Source: a virus. From it: a stretch of DNA of 64,000 bases. Positions 44,383 through 52,074 of the stretch are shown in pieces (the first letter of the stretch is position 1; the number at the start of each line of letters is the position of its first letter). The stretch is taken from the IMG/VR virus record IMGVR_UViG_3300043788_000134, positions 1 through 64,000 of that record; one strand, written 5' to 3'. The notes under the pieces are model-generated. The model saw nothing but the letters and a program-made list of their open reading frames with translations, ran no database searches and had not been told where the DNA came from. The position numbers and the translations under genes are program-made.

Positions 44383-44736
44383 GTGAACCTACGAATCCTA
44401 AAAAAGCTTTCCAAGAGAGCCGCCCCGCTGCTGCTTAAGCTCGGCGATGAGCAGGAACAGTTCCGTGCAGAAAAGGGTGAGAATTACCACGGCGCCGCCC
44501 TGCCACATCCGCACCCCCTCAAAGGCACGATGATGGCCGGCGGGATGTCGGGGTATTACGAGCCTGAATGGAGCGAGGAATGCGCCTGGATGGCTTTGCG
44601 CGAACAGGTGTATTGGCACTTCACAAAGTACAACGAAAAAACGGAAGACTTGGAGCCAACGCGCGAGTTGCGTTTGCCGTCGCAGATTTTCCGGGCGGCC
44701 GAAGAAATGATCGCAGCCGACTTGCGGCGTTCGTAA
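44383..44736 (+). CDS. hypothetical protein
   Basis: ORF track, 117 aa. GTG start after AAAGGAG. Confidence 0.5.
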   Translation: MNLRILKKLSKRAAPLLLKLGDEQEQFRAEKGENYHGAALPHPHPLKGTMMAGGMSGYYEPEWSEECAWMALREQVYWHFTKYNEKTEDLEPTRELRLPSQIFRAAEEMIAADLRRS

Positions 44737-44748
44737 CGGGAGAATGAC

Positions 44749-45126
44749 GTGAAGCAGCGGGTTCTGGTCTGTGGTGGCCGAGACTATGATGATCGCGAGC
44801 GAGTATTCTCGATCCTGGATGTCGCACACATGGCGAATCCGATCATTGAGCTAATCCATGGTGGCGCGACCGGCGCCGACGCCTTGGCGGACGAATGGGC
44901 GCGCGGCAAAACGGCCATTCGCGAGTTTCCATATCCAAGCGCGCTAGGCCGTCGCGGCGGACCAATTCGGAACCAGAAGATGCTGGATGAGGGCAAGCCG
45001 CACATGGTCATTGCCTTCCCTGGCGGCGCGGGGACGGCCGATATGGTCAGACGCGCCGAGAAGGCCGGCGTTCCTGTCGTCCGCGTTCGGCGCCGAGCAG
45101 TCGCCGCGATAATGAATGGAGGTTGA
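44749..45126 (+). CDS. SLOG-superfamily protein (DUF2493/YspA-like)
   Basis: 125 aa. VLVCGGRDY...HGGATGADALADEWA...GPIRNQKML...AFPGGAGTADMV matches the DUF2493 pattern. Confidence 0.65.
   Translation: MKQRVLVCGGRDYDDRERVFSILDVAHMANPIIELIHGGATGADALADEWARGKTAIREFPYPSALGRRGGPIRNQKMLDEGKPHMVIAFPGGAGTADMVRRAEKAGVPVVRVRRRAVAAIMNGG
45103..45121 (+). repeat. duplicated translation-initiation region GCCGCGATAATGAATGGAG, copy 1
   Basis: An identical 19-mer recurs at 45194-45212. Each copy precedes an ATG (45129 and 45221). Confidence 0.7.
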
Positions 45127-45193
45127 CAATGCGATCTAAAAAACCCGGTTTTTGGGAATGGCTTTTCGGCTTTGGCGGCAAGCCCGGAAGATG

Positions 45194-45212
45194 GCCGCGA
45201 TAATGAATGGAG
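45194..45212 (+). repeat. duplicated translation-initiation region, copy 2
   Basis: gccgcgataatgaatggag, upstream of 45221-45628. Confidence 0.7.
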
Positions 45213-45220
45213 AGGGCTGA

Positions 45221-45628
45221 ATGGGAAACCACATGGCCGGCGACCTCATCGCCAAGTTTGCCGCCATCCAAAGCGCCCAACGGCGCCCCGGCGACAAGGC
45301 GCTCGACCTTTTAGATAAAGCCGTGGCCGAGGCCAAGTCGGTTTCAGGCTTCACGCCGGATGCCGAGTTCGAGGCATCACATCCAACGCAAGCCGGGATC
45401 GTACATCCGATCCTGGCCGATTGGACGGACCCCCATCCGCTGGCGCCGCTTGGGATGCTGATGGTGGAGGCTTTTGCCCCGAACGGTCTGCGCGATCTTC
45501 CGCGATACTGGTTTGCGAACGGCGTGCCTGACGATTACCCGGACGGAGAATGTCTGGAGGAGGAAGCAACCGAAGCTTGGTGGACCGAGATCAAAGAGCC
45601 GTTTCGTGATCGATACGGCCTTTGTTGA
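45221..45628 (+). CDS. hypothetical protein
   Basis: ORF track, 135 aa. Confidence 0.5.
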   Translation: MGNHMAGDLIAKFAAIQSAQRRPGDKALDLLDKAVAEAKSVSGFTPDAEFEASHPTQAGIVHPILADWTDPHPLAPLGMLMVEAFAPNGLRDLPRYWFANGVPDDYPDGECLEEEATEAWWTEIKEPFRDRYGLC

Positions 45629-45657
45629 TCCGCACATATAGGGAAGGAACGCCGACC

Positions 45658-45954
45658 GTGTTCAATCTGCCGCCGACCGCCGCCGTTGTCAGGCTCGCCC
45701 GCATTCGCGGGGACGACCTGATCTTTTGCGAGGCGATGCTTCTGCCCGGTGGAGCGACCGCGATTGACACCATACTCAGGCGCGCTCAGTTGTCTGGCAG
45801 GGTTGAAGTCGGTGGCGAAATCGCGAATCACTTTGCTGATATTCTCGATGAAGCCGGCGACATGGTGCAGACAGTGGCGCTCGACAGCAAGTCCTATAGT
45901 GCGATCAAAAATCGGTGGATGCGCTGCAAGGTCGAAAACTCAAATCAGTCTTGA
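45658..45954 (+). CDS. hypothetical protein
   Basis: ORF 45622-45954. Likely GTG 45658 after GGGAAGGA. Confidence 0.45.
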   Translation: MFNLPPTAAVVRLARIRGDDLIFCEAMLLPGGATAIDTILRRAQLSGRVEVGGEIANHFADILDEAGDMVQTVALDSKSYSAIKNRWMRCKVENSNQS

Positions 45955-45961
45955 TGAAGGG

Positions 45962-46153
45962 ATGACGACGATGGTTCGCACCGTGCAACGTCGATACGTT
46001 CTCGATGACCGGGATGTGCATGAAGCTATCTTAGCATACCTAAAGGCTAAGGACATTGTGACGCCGGAATATGTCGGCAACACGCCGACGTGCCAATGGG
46101 ATTGGGGTGAAGATACCATCACCGTATCGTGGACCGATGAACTGAAAGATTAA
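45962..46153 (+). CDS. hypothetical protein
   Basis: Frame of ORF 45749-46153. ATG 45962 (MTTMVRTVQRRYVLDD...). Confidence 0.45.
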   Translation: MTTMVRTVQRRYVLDDRDVHEAILAYLKAKDIVTPEYVGNTPTCQWDWGEDTITVSWTDELKD

Positions 46154-46298
46154 TCAGTAATGCGCCGGGAGGGCCGAGACATGGCTGAATTGCCTAAGAT
46201 CAACTGGACCGAGGCCATGAAACGGGCCATCGCCGAAGCAAAAGCCCGTGTCAGTTCGGCGGCAAAAGTATCACTCACGCGGCGGGAATGAGGACACC

Positions 46299-46430
46299 AT
46301 GGAAGCATACGTGATCGCTATGGGAGCCAGCATCATAGTGTGGGGGTTGCGAGATTGGCAAAGTCGCGCGCGTGGAGCAGTTCTTTTCTTTGCTGGTCTC
46401 GCTGCTGGCTTTTGCTTCTTCACGCGATAA
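46299..46430 (+). CDS. small membrane protein (43 aa)
   Basis: Frame of ORF 46248-46430. ATG 46299 follows GGGAATGAGGA. Sequence MEAYVIAMGASIIVWGL...LFFAGLAAGFCFF. Confidence 0.35.
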   Translation: MEAYVIAMGASIIVWGLRDWQSRARGAVLFFAGLAAGFCFFTR

Positions 46431-46443
46431 TGGGGAGAAAGTG

Positions 46444-46629
46444 ATGGGGCTTTGTTTGGACCCGACGCCGGAAATGGGCGAGTGGACAATCGAAATCAGA
46501 CGTGAATCGTTCTGGCTTCGCGGACCTACTGAGGATGACTATATCGAAATCCTTAAGGATGAACTGCCGAAGGTCAAGGCCGCACTGGCCCAAGTGGACG
46601 AATATCTGGCGCTAACGTGTCGGAAATGA
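46444..46629 (+). CDS. hypothetical protein
   Basis: Frame of ORF 46372-46629. ATG 46444 follows GGGGAG. Confidence 0.4.
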   Translation: MGLCLDPTPEMGEWTIEIRRESFWLRGPTEDDYIEILKDELPKVKAALAQVDEYLALTCRK

Positions 46630-46803
46630 GAGAAGATAATGCGATTCGAGCAACGAAACTTTCTGCCGCTACATTCGTTCCGTAGCATCCTCCCGCTATA
46701 TCAACGCTTCCGGCCAAACAACGGCAAGCGCCGATGGCAGTTCCGCGGCGCGTTGCTTCGACACAATAAACGCCGCGCGCCTTTACGCGCTATTCAGTAG
46801 GAA

Positions 46804-47055
46804 ATGACGATGCCAGAGGGCCACGAATTGGTATTGGCGTTCCGCGATCAATCGCCATCGTTCGCGCATGGCTTTACCTGCGGTAGAATATGGCAACAGA
46901 TGCGTGATCGAAGTGCGCCGTTCAGCGAAACCATCCCGGCTGAGCTACGAGAGGATGCGATTGCGCTCGCAACCGCTGCCGGCTGGATTGAGGAATTTTT
47001 GCCACTGGACGAGGCGGGCGAATGGCTGCGTGTTACTTTCATGAAGGATCACTAA
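46804..47055 (+). CDS. hypothetical protein
   Basis: ORF track, 83 aa. Confidence 0.5.
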   Translation: MTMPEGHELVLAFRDQSPSFAHGFTCGRIWQQMRDRSAPFSETIPAELREDAIALATAAGWIEEFLPLDEAGEWLRVTFMKDH

Positions 47056-47079
47056 CATCACAAGAACGAGGAAAAGCCA

Positions 47080-47316
47080 ATGTATATCTTTCATGATGAC
47101 GATGAGTGGGAAACGGTGTCCAGCTATCGAGCCTGTACCGCTTGTAACGGCGATATGAGCCGTTGTGACGGTCGTTGCAATGGCATGTCTAGCTGGGGCC
47201 TCAAGCGCCGCAATCCATCCGAAGTCAAGCGGATCAAGGCAGAACGCCAGCGGAAGCACGAGGATGATATTCTGGCGGAAGCCGAACTGATCCGTGCTCG
47301 CCGCGCTTGTACCTGA
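47080..47316 (+). CDS. small Cys-rich protein
   Basis: ORF track, 78 aa. CTACNG...CDGRCNG motif. Confidence 0.5.
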   Translation: MYIFHDDDEWETVSSYRACTACNGDMSRCDGRCNGMSSWGLKRRNPSEVKRIKAERQRKHEDDILAEAELIRARRACT

Positions 47317-47329
47317 TAGGAGCGGAGAT

Positions 47330-47539
47330 ATGCCGGATATTCACGGTACACGCCAGGAGTTGGTGCAATTCATTGGCGACCAAAATCGCGAGATCGAGCG
47401 GCTGCGGGCGCTGAATAACGGAATCATTAAGGCTTGGGAAAGCTTGCCAGAAGGCGACCACCCCATCGGAACAATTGAAAAGTGGCTTTCAGAAACAATG
47501 TTTCCGGCTATTGATGCTGCCCGCAGACTTGAGCAGTAA
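47330..47539 (+). CDS. hypothetical protein
   Basis: ORF 47294-47539. ATG 47330 follows AGGAGCGGAG. Confidence 0.5.
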   Translation: MPDIHGTRQELVQFIGDQNREIERLRALNNGIIKAWESLPEGDHPIGTIEKWLSETMFPAIDAARRLEQ

Positions 47540-47549
47540 AGGAGAAATC

Positions 47550-47741
47550 ATGGATGTTTGTACTCTGATCGTAACAGGTGCAATGGCCTTCGGCTGCTAT
47601 TCAGCCGATGAAGGCCATAAGTCTGTGCCTACCATGGCCTGCTCCAATCGTATTGCGCCCTCGTCGTGGTACAATTGTGTGAGGCCAGACGGTACGGTTT
47701 ATACACTGCCCTACAATATGGCCCGCGATTCTAAGCGATGA
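47550..47741 (+). CDS. hypothetical protein
   Basis: Frame of ORF 47475-47741. ATG 47550 follows AAAGGAG. Confidence 0.45.
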   Translation: MDVCTLIVTGAMAFGCYSADEGHKSVPTMACSNRIAPSSWYNCVRPDGTVYTLPYNMARDSKR

Positions 47742-47926
47742 ATGAACTTAATCGCATGATCGCCGAGGTGCAGGAGTGGCGCGAGTTTCACCAGGCGCAA
47801 TTCCAGCGTGGCATTAAGGGCGCCTCAATCGAGGCGGCGGCGTGCGCAATACGTGAACGGGCGCTTCTCGACGCCCGTGCCGCGCTCGTAGCTCAGGGGA
47901 TAGAGCAAGGGCCTTCTAAGCCCTAG
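47738..47926 (+). CDS. hypothetical protein; 3' end overlaps the tRNA
   Basis: ORF track, 62 aa. The last 15 codons are tRNA sequence, so the true C-terminus or the reality of the ORF is uncertain. Confidence 0.3.
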   Translation: MNELNRMIAEVQEWREFHQAQFQRGIKGASIEAAACAIRERALLDARAALVAQGIEQGPSKP

Positions 47927-47957
47927 GTCGGCAGTTCGATTCTGTCCGAGCGCACCA
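47882..47957 (+). tRNA. tRNA-Arg (anticodon UCU)
   Basis: Hand-folded 76 nt. Acceptor stem GCGCTCG/CGAGCGC plus A and CCA. D arm GCTC-AGGGGATA-GAGC. Anticodon arm AGGGC-CTTCTAA-GCCCT. T arm GGCAG-TTCGATT-CTGTC (one G-U pair). Confidence 0.85.
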
Positions 47958-47986
47958 ACTCTCCGTACATTTGGGCCATCGGTGCG

Positions 47987-48106
47987 CTAATCCCTCGGCG
48001 GCTTTTCCAACCACGGATGGCTCGGCTGCGGCCGTTCGGCATCCGTCGTATTCCAGGCAACAATGCAGGCGACGGCTGCGATGCAGAGTGCGCCGACGAT
48101 CCACAT
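47987..48106 (-). CDS. small membrane protein (39 aa; below ORF-track cutoff)
   Basis: ATG 48106 overlaps the stop of 48106-48690 (TGATG). Sequence MWIVGALCIAAVACIVAWNTTDAERPQPSHPWLEKPPRD. Confidence 0.35.
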   Translation of the reverse strand: MWIVGALCIAAVACIVAWNTTDAERPQPSHPWLEKPPRD

Positions 48107-48690
48107 CAACGTGCTGCGTAATGCCGATGATGACGGACAAAACCTCGTGCGTAATGAGCGTGGCCGTTAGGCGAGAAATCCATCCCGATATGTCCGCAGT
48201 CCCGCCGCGATCGAAACTCGCATCCGCTGACAAAGCCCCAACGATGGGCAAGCTCGGTTACCCGCTCCGTGTGCATGATAGTCGGCGCCCGATTCCATCC
48301 TGTCTGATCGAAGTCGCACGCCTTGCCGACGTGGTGCATAGAATTACGAATATGACCGGTGGCCGAATAGCATCCAATGTGCCGCGGATGATAGCCCATC
48401 GCCACAAGGCCGCGGATAAAACCCTGAAAATTCCCCGCCACAGAGGCCGCCACGGTAATGCGGATACCGGCAGCGGTCGGAACTGTCACTAGCCCGCCGC
48501 CGTAGGAATGCTCACGGGCGACCTCGTAATGGCGCTCGTGATGCCATCCCTTGCGGAGTGGCGCGATGATCTCGATCGGATAAGCCGGACGTGCCGCTAC
48601 GTCGCTATAGCTTTCCACCGGATGCCGCGCCGCCCAAGCCGGCGCTGTCAGCAGCGCCAATGCAATACTACCGAGCAAGAACATTCGCAT
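48106..48690 (-). CDS. LAS/M15-family Zn peptidase (endolysin-type) with signal peptide
   Basis: 194 aa. SMHHVGKACD matches the SxHxxGxAxD signature. N-terminal MRMFLLGSIALALLTAPAWA. Confidence 0.7.
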   Translation of the reverse strand: MRMFLLGSIALALLTAPAWAARHPVESYSDVAARPAYPIEIIAPLRKGWHHERHYEVAREHSYGGGLVTVPTAAGIRITVAASVAGNFQGFIRGLVAMGYHPRHIGCYSATGHIRNSMHHVGKACDFDQTGWNRAPTIMHTERVTELAHRWGFVSGCEFRSRRDCGHIGMDFSPNGHAHYARGFVRHHRHYAAR

Positions 48691-49099
48691 ATTCGCCTCC
48701 GTGGTTGACGCAAACGTAAAGCGTGTTGCGGCCGGTACCGAGACAATCCGACGCGCCAGACGACAGATCGAGTACGTCGCCCATCCTGCGCGCCAGGCCG
48801 TTCGGGCCAGTATCGTTTATTTCCACTTTGCAGCTTCGCCCGTTATGCGGATTGGTGACACCGATCATAGTGTGCATCGGATATTCCCACGACGCAGCAC
48901 TGATCTTGCCGCAGTCCATCCGGCCGCCGCCAGCAAGCGTACCGCCAGATTCGCAGTACCACGAGGCCATGACTTCGCGACCGCTGCCGCAGCGCCCAGT
49001 CGCATGAACGTAACGATGGACCGTTGCCCATCCGCCTGCCTGTGCCGCCGTCGCAAGCATGCAGCAAGACGCCGCCAGAAGCGGTGCCAAGAATTTCAT
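48668..49099 (-). CDS. RlpA-like double-psi beta-barrel (lytic transglycosylase-like) protein with signal peptide
   Basis: 143 aa. MASWYCE...AAS...IGVTNPHNGRSCKVEINDTGP matches the RlpA/3D DPBB pattern. Signal peptide MKFLAPLLAASCCMLATAAQA. Confidence 0.65.
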   Translation of the reverse strand: MKFLAPLLAASCCMLATAAQAGGWATVHRYVHATGRCGSGREVMASWYCESGGTLAGGGRMDCGKISAASWEYPMHTMIGVTNPHNGRSCKVEINDTGPNGLARRMGDVLDLSSGASDCLGTGRNTLYVCVNHGGEYANVLAR

Positions 49100-49123
49100 G
49101 ATGTGAGGAAGCCCGCGGCCCTC

Positions 49124-49201
49124 TTAATTGAGGCCGGTCGGCAAGGAGCCGCAGCCCGTCAGCGCGAGCAGAGAAAGCGCAATTGCAAGTCGTCGGATCA
49201 T
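49124..49201 (-). CDS. tiny lipoprotein (25 aa; below ORF-track cutoff)
   Basis: Sequence MIRRLAIALSLLALTGCGSLPTGLN with lipobox LTGC. GGGGA RBS. Lies downstream of promoter-like 49237-49266. Confidence 0.35.
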   Translation of the reverse strand: MIRRLAIALSLLALTGCGSLPTGLN

Positions 49202-49236
49202 GTCAGTCCCCGTGCTTGGTTGTGCCGATGTGACGG

Positions 49237-49266
49237 ATACTAGACGAGCCGAAGGCAGAAGGTCAA
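49237..49266 (-). promoter_or_regulatory. sigma70-like promoter candidate TTGACC-N18-TAGTAT
   Basis: Minus strand reads cTTGACCttctgccttcggctcgtcTAGTATcc. It sits between element 49273-49311 and ATG 49201. Confidence 0.4.
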
Positions 49267-49272
49267 GGCGGT

Positions 49273-49311
49273 ATTTGGGTCACGAGAGGCCGGGATTACG
49301 GTGCGGTCAAC
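49273..49311 (-). repeat. TGACC-box intergenic element, class A1
   Basis: Reverse complement is GTTGACCGCACCGTAATCCCGGCCTCTCGTGACCCAAAT. Nearly identical to copies 12604 and 14440. Confidence 0.9.
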
Positions 49312-49316
49312 GCGCG

Positions 49317-49835
49317 TTAGGGCACAATCTGAAACGTTGCTTCCGCCGACGTGCTGCTGATCGGCCACAGGTTTTCCCATGGATAGCAGATCGAATAGAC
49401 ATCAAGCCGCAGATTGTAGGTTCCGGGAGCGGTACCTAGAATTTTCGGGATCATGACCGGCCGGGGATCGTGCTGGATCGGGCCGACATCTTGCGGCACG
49501 TCGATGCGATGTTCGCCGCCGTGACCGACCTCAAAGCCGTCCTTGTCGTAGATCGTCTCGACTGCGTAGCTCGGACAAAGCCTGGTCCACTTTCCAGTCT
49601 TGGCGAGTTTGATTGGCGTGCGGTTCAGAACATCGCTGGCGCTGACCTGATCGGGGATGATGCGAATGGTTGTCAGGCTGACCGGCGAGACAATCCGGCT
49701 CGCGGTTTCCGCCATGAGAAATGCACAGACGAAAACTACCGCGCTCACAACAATCGCCGGCAAGCCGTGGCAGGCCTGAAGTTTGAGGCCCCACGGGAGC
49801 TCAATCGGGAGCGTTTTGTTCATGCTATCTGCCAT
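49317..49835 (-). CDS. membrane-anchored protein
   Basis: ORF track, 172 aa. TM segment LPAIVVSAVVFVCAFLMA. Confidence 0.5.
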   Translation of the reverse strand: MADSMNKTLPIELPWGLKLQACHGLPAIVVSAVVFVCAFLMAETASRIVSPVSLTTIRIIPDQVSASDVLNRTPIKLAKTGKWTRLCPSYAVETIYDKDGFEVGHGGEHRIDVPQDVGPIQHDPRPVMIPKILGTAPGTYNLRLDVYSICYPWENLWPISSTSAEATFQIVP

Positions 49836-50031
49836 GAAATGCGGTCCAGAAAGAGGTTATCGCTCCCAACAGGATAACGACGCCGGAGCCGATTCTGATC
49901 CATAGGGACCATGCCTCTTTCTGCGCCTTGTTGTAGGTCTGGGTCACAAGCCGTTCGGCCCATAGCACTTGAAGCTTTTGCCCATCTGCTGCTGTTGGAA
50001 CCCTTGGCTCGAAATCGCTCGGCTCTAACAT
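49825..50031 (-). CDS. small membrane protein
   Basis: ORF track, 68 aa. C-terminal TM segment WIRIGSGVVILLGAITSFW. Confidence 0.45.
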   Translation of the reverse strand: MLEPSDFEPRVPTAADGQKLQVLWAERLVTQTYNKAQKEAWSLWIRIGSGVVILLGAITSFWTAFHGR

Positions 50032-50097
50032 CCATTTAGCCCCAAGGTTCCATTTTTGGAACTTGCTTTAACGCTTATCTCCTATGCCGAATTCAGT

Positions 50098-50364
50098 TCA
50101 ATCCAGCTTGTCCAGATAGACCATATAAGTGTGTCCCTGAATCTTCGTTCCAAGGTATTCGACGGTACACTGACATTGCATCAAGGTGATCTTAGTTCCC
50201 GGCCCGATCGACACATGGGCATTCCCCGCGATCTGCGACTCGATCATCCGCACGAATTTGTCGGTGCGGAAGCCGTTAGCAGCGTGAGCGTAAACGATCA
50301 TCCACGCCAGCGCGATTGTAGCGCCGGCGGCGAGGAAGAACCAATTGGTGCGCAGCCAAGTCAT
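50098..50364 (-). CDS. membrane-anchored protein
   Basis: ORF track, 88 aa. N-terminal TM segment WFFLAAGATIALAWMIVYA. Confidence 0.5.
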   Translation of the reverse strand: MTWLRTNWFFLAAGATIALAWMIVYAHAANGFRTDKFVRMIESQIAGNAHVSIGPGTKITLMQCQCTVEYLGTKIQGHTYMVYLDKLD

Positions 50365-50648
50365 GACGCAGGCGGGGCGCCGGCAGCGGTCGCAGCCGCT
50401 TCGAAAGCGGCATCAAGTGCGGCTTCCTGTGTCTGCAACTGCGCCAACTGCGCTGCGGTCACCGATGAATTGCTCTGCAACGCGCTGATGATGTTCTGGA
50501 TGATCGGCCCGATATCCTCGATTTCGGTAATGCCGGATGTGATGATCTGTTCGAGCGTTGCGATGACACTACCGATCTGTGTCGCGTCGGTAAGTCCGCC
50601 GACGATCTCGACGAGAAGCGTGAGAAGCTGAGTAAGGGCCGCACTCAT
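50361..50648 (-). CDS. hypothetical helical protein
   Basis: ORF track, 95 aa. ATGA overlaps on both sides. Confidence 0.5.
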   Translation of the reverse strand: MSAALTQLLTLLVEIVGGLTDATQIGSVIATLEQIITSGITEIEDIGPIIQNIISALQSNSSVTAAQLAQLQTQEAALDAAFEAAATAAGAPPAS

Positions 50649-51034
50649 TGCGAGGCTCCGATGTTATACTGGCTGATGATGGCTTGCAGCGTGCCGGTCT
50701 GGGCAGTCAGCGCCGAATACAGACTGATCGGTGCGTCGTTTCCGGTGACCACGGAATTGATGAGTGTCGTGCGCGCGGCGTAGCCGATGCGGATAGCCGG
50801 GACGATAGCACCAACCGCCGTTGCAGATCGGCAGAGTGCCGAGCCGCCGGTGGCGCACGGCGGCAGCTTCAAATAGTTTTCCGCCGTGACTTCGATGGCA
50901 TCGAACGCATTGGCCGCGATGTAGGCTTGCGAAGGAGTAACGCTGGCGCCGGTCACAACGCCGACGATATTGCTGAGAGTCGAACATGCGCCAAGCGACA
51001 GCGCGAGCACGGGAGCAAGAGGAAACTTTTTCAT
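50645..51034 (-). CDS. lipoprotein
   Basis: 129 aa. MKKFPLAPVLALSLGAC lipobox. Confidence 0.55.
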   Translation of the reverse strand: MKKFPLAPVLALSLGACSTLSNIVGVVTGASVTPSQAYIAANAFDAIEVTAENYLKLPPCATGGSALCRSATAVGAIVPAIRIGYAARTTLINSVVTGNDAPISLYSALTAQTGTLQAIISQYNIGASQ

Positions 51035-51282
51035 GAGGTTTTCACCGCGGGTCCGAGTGGGAATTCAGCCGCCCCAGCGGGGCCGGGCTGTGAGGGTATC
51101 ATGTGAAGCACGGCATTGATTGAATTACCGAGCGTAAGAACGATAGTGTCCACGGCTAGAACGCCCTTCACTTCGGCCGGCGTAAGGCCAAGATCGGCGA
51201 AGGAAGCACTAAGCCCAGTAATTGCCCCGCCGAAAGCAAGAATAATGCTCAGCCACATACCCCATTTCGGATTGATCGTCAC
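51031..51282 (-). CDS. small membrane protein (holin-like by context)
   Basis: 83 aa. TM segment WGMWLSIILAFGGAITGL. Located in the lysis region. Confidence 0.45.
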   Translation of the reverse strand: MTINPKWGMWLSIILAFGGAITGLSASFADLGLTPAEVKGVLAVDTIVLTLGNSINAVLHMIPSQPGPAGAAEFPLGPAVKTS

Positions 51283-51515
51283 GAATCGGCTCCTGTTTCA
51301 AACGGATTGCCTTTGACGGTATTACCCGGTTTTTCCATAGCACGAAACGCATCGAGCGTATCGACGGCAATCTTGGCGAGTTGGCCGCCAAGGATGTTGG
51401 CCTCATTGGCTGGAATCATTCCCTGTGCCCACGACGGCACCATCGCGTTGATGTCGCCCTGCAATGCCTTGGCAAGCGCATTCGCCACCGCAGTTAGTTC
51501 AGGCTGCGTTGCCAT
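51279..51515 (-). CDS. hypothetical protein
   Basis: ORF track, 78 aa. Confidence 0.5.
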   Translation of the reverse strand: MATQPELTAVANALAKALQGDINAMVPSWAQGMIPANEANILGGQLAKIAVDTLDAFRAMEKPGNTVKGNPFETGADS

Positions 51516-52074
51516 GCTCGATCACCCTTTGCATTTCGGCAAGAACCGTGTCTTGGCTGGTCACGTCGTAATCGCCGGGATGGGCGAGATGCGTTGTCGT
51601 GACGATCGGCTTTCCAGAACCGCCATTCGTGACCTTGTTTCCCGGCGCGCATATCCATTGGTACGCGCCAATGCCGGGCACAGGAACGACCGTGTCGGAA
51701 CTGAATAGATGAGCAAATAGCACGTTCGGCGTGATGCCGGGATACGAGGGCGTATTGCCGGCGTGTTCGCCGTAGATCGAGGCTTGAAAGCCCCAAATGC
51801 CGGCGATGATGCGTTTTGCATTTTGCAAAGCAACGTAAGCCGCGACTACCGGCGTGTTGTTTGCTCCCAATGACGTGCCCGCGATTACCACTGGATCGGT
51901 GATCGGAAGCGCCATGATTTCCGCGACGATGGTGTTCACGTCATAATCGCGGTACGGCGAGGCGTGCATGTTGATGCCGGTCAACTCCGTCGCCATGCGC
52001 TGCGTCATGGTGCGGGCGCCTGGGTCGGTGATCGGACCCCACATTCCATACAGAAAAAACCCATGCGCGGTCAT
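51499..52074 (-). CDS. putative serine hydrolase (GxSxG)
   Basis: ORF 51499-52083. ATG 52074 overlaps the GH25 stop. VVIAGTSLGANN is a GxSxG nucleophile-elbow-like motif. Confidence 0.45.
   Translation of the reverse strand: MTAHGFFLYGMWGPITDPGARTMTQRMATELTGINMHASPYRDYDVNTIVAEIMALPITDPVVIAGTSLGANNTPVVAAYVALQNAKRIIAGIWGFQASIYGEHAGNTPSYPGITPNVLFAHLFSSDTVVPVPGIGAYQWICAPGNKVTNGGSGKPIVTTTHLAHPGDYDVTSQDTVLAEMQRVIEHGNAA

Noticed and set aside
47882-47957. The tRNA-Arg could mark a prophage/host boundary (att site).
   Set aside because: The tRNA is complete, and phage-type genes (early genes on the left, lysis genes on the right) continue on both sides. No integrase is adjacent and no duplicated tRNA 3' end is seen in the window.
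50044-50064. The hairpin AAGGTTCCAttttTGGAACTT between 50098-50364 and 49825-50031 could be a terminator.
   Set aside because: It is a short 6-8 bp AT-containing stem with no U-tract on the transcribed (minus) strand. It sits inside a tightly coupled same-strand gene series. This is too weak to call.
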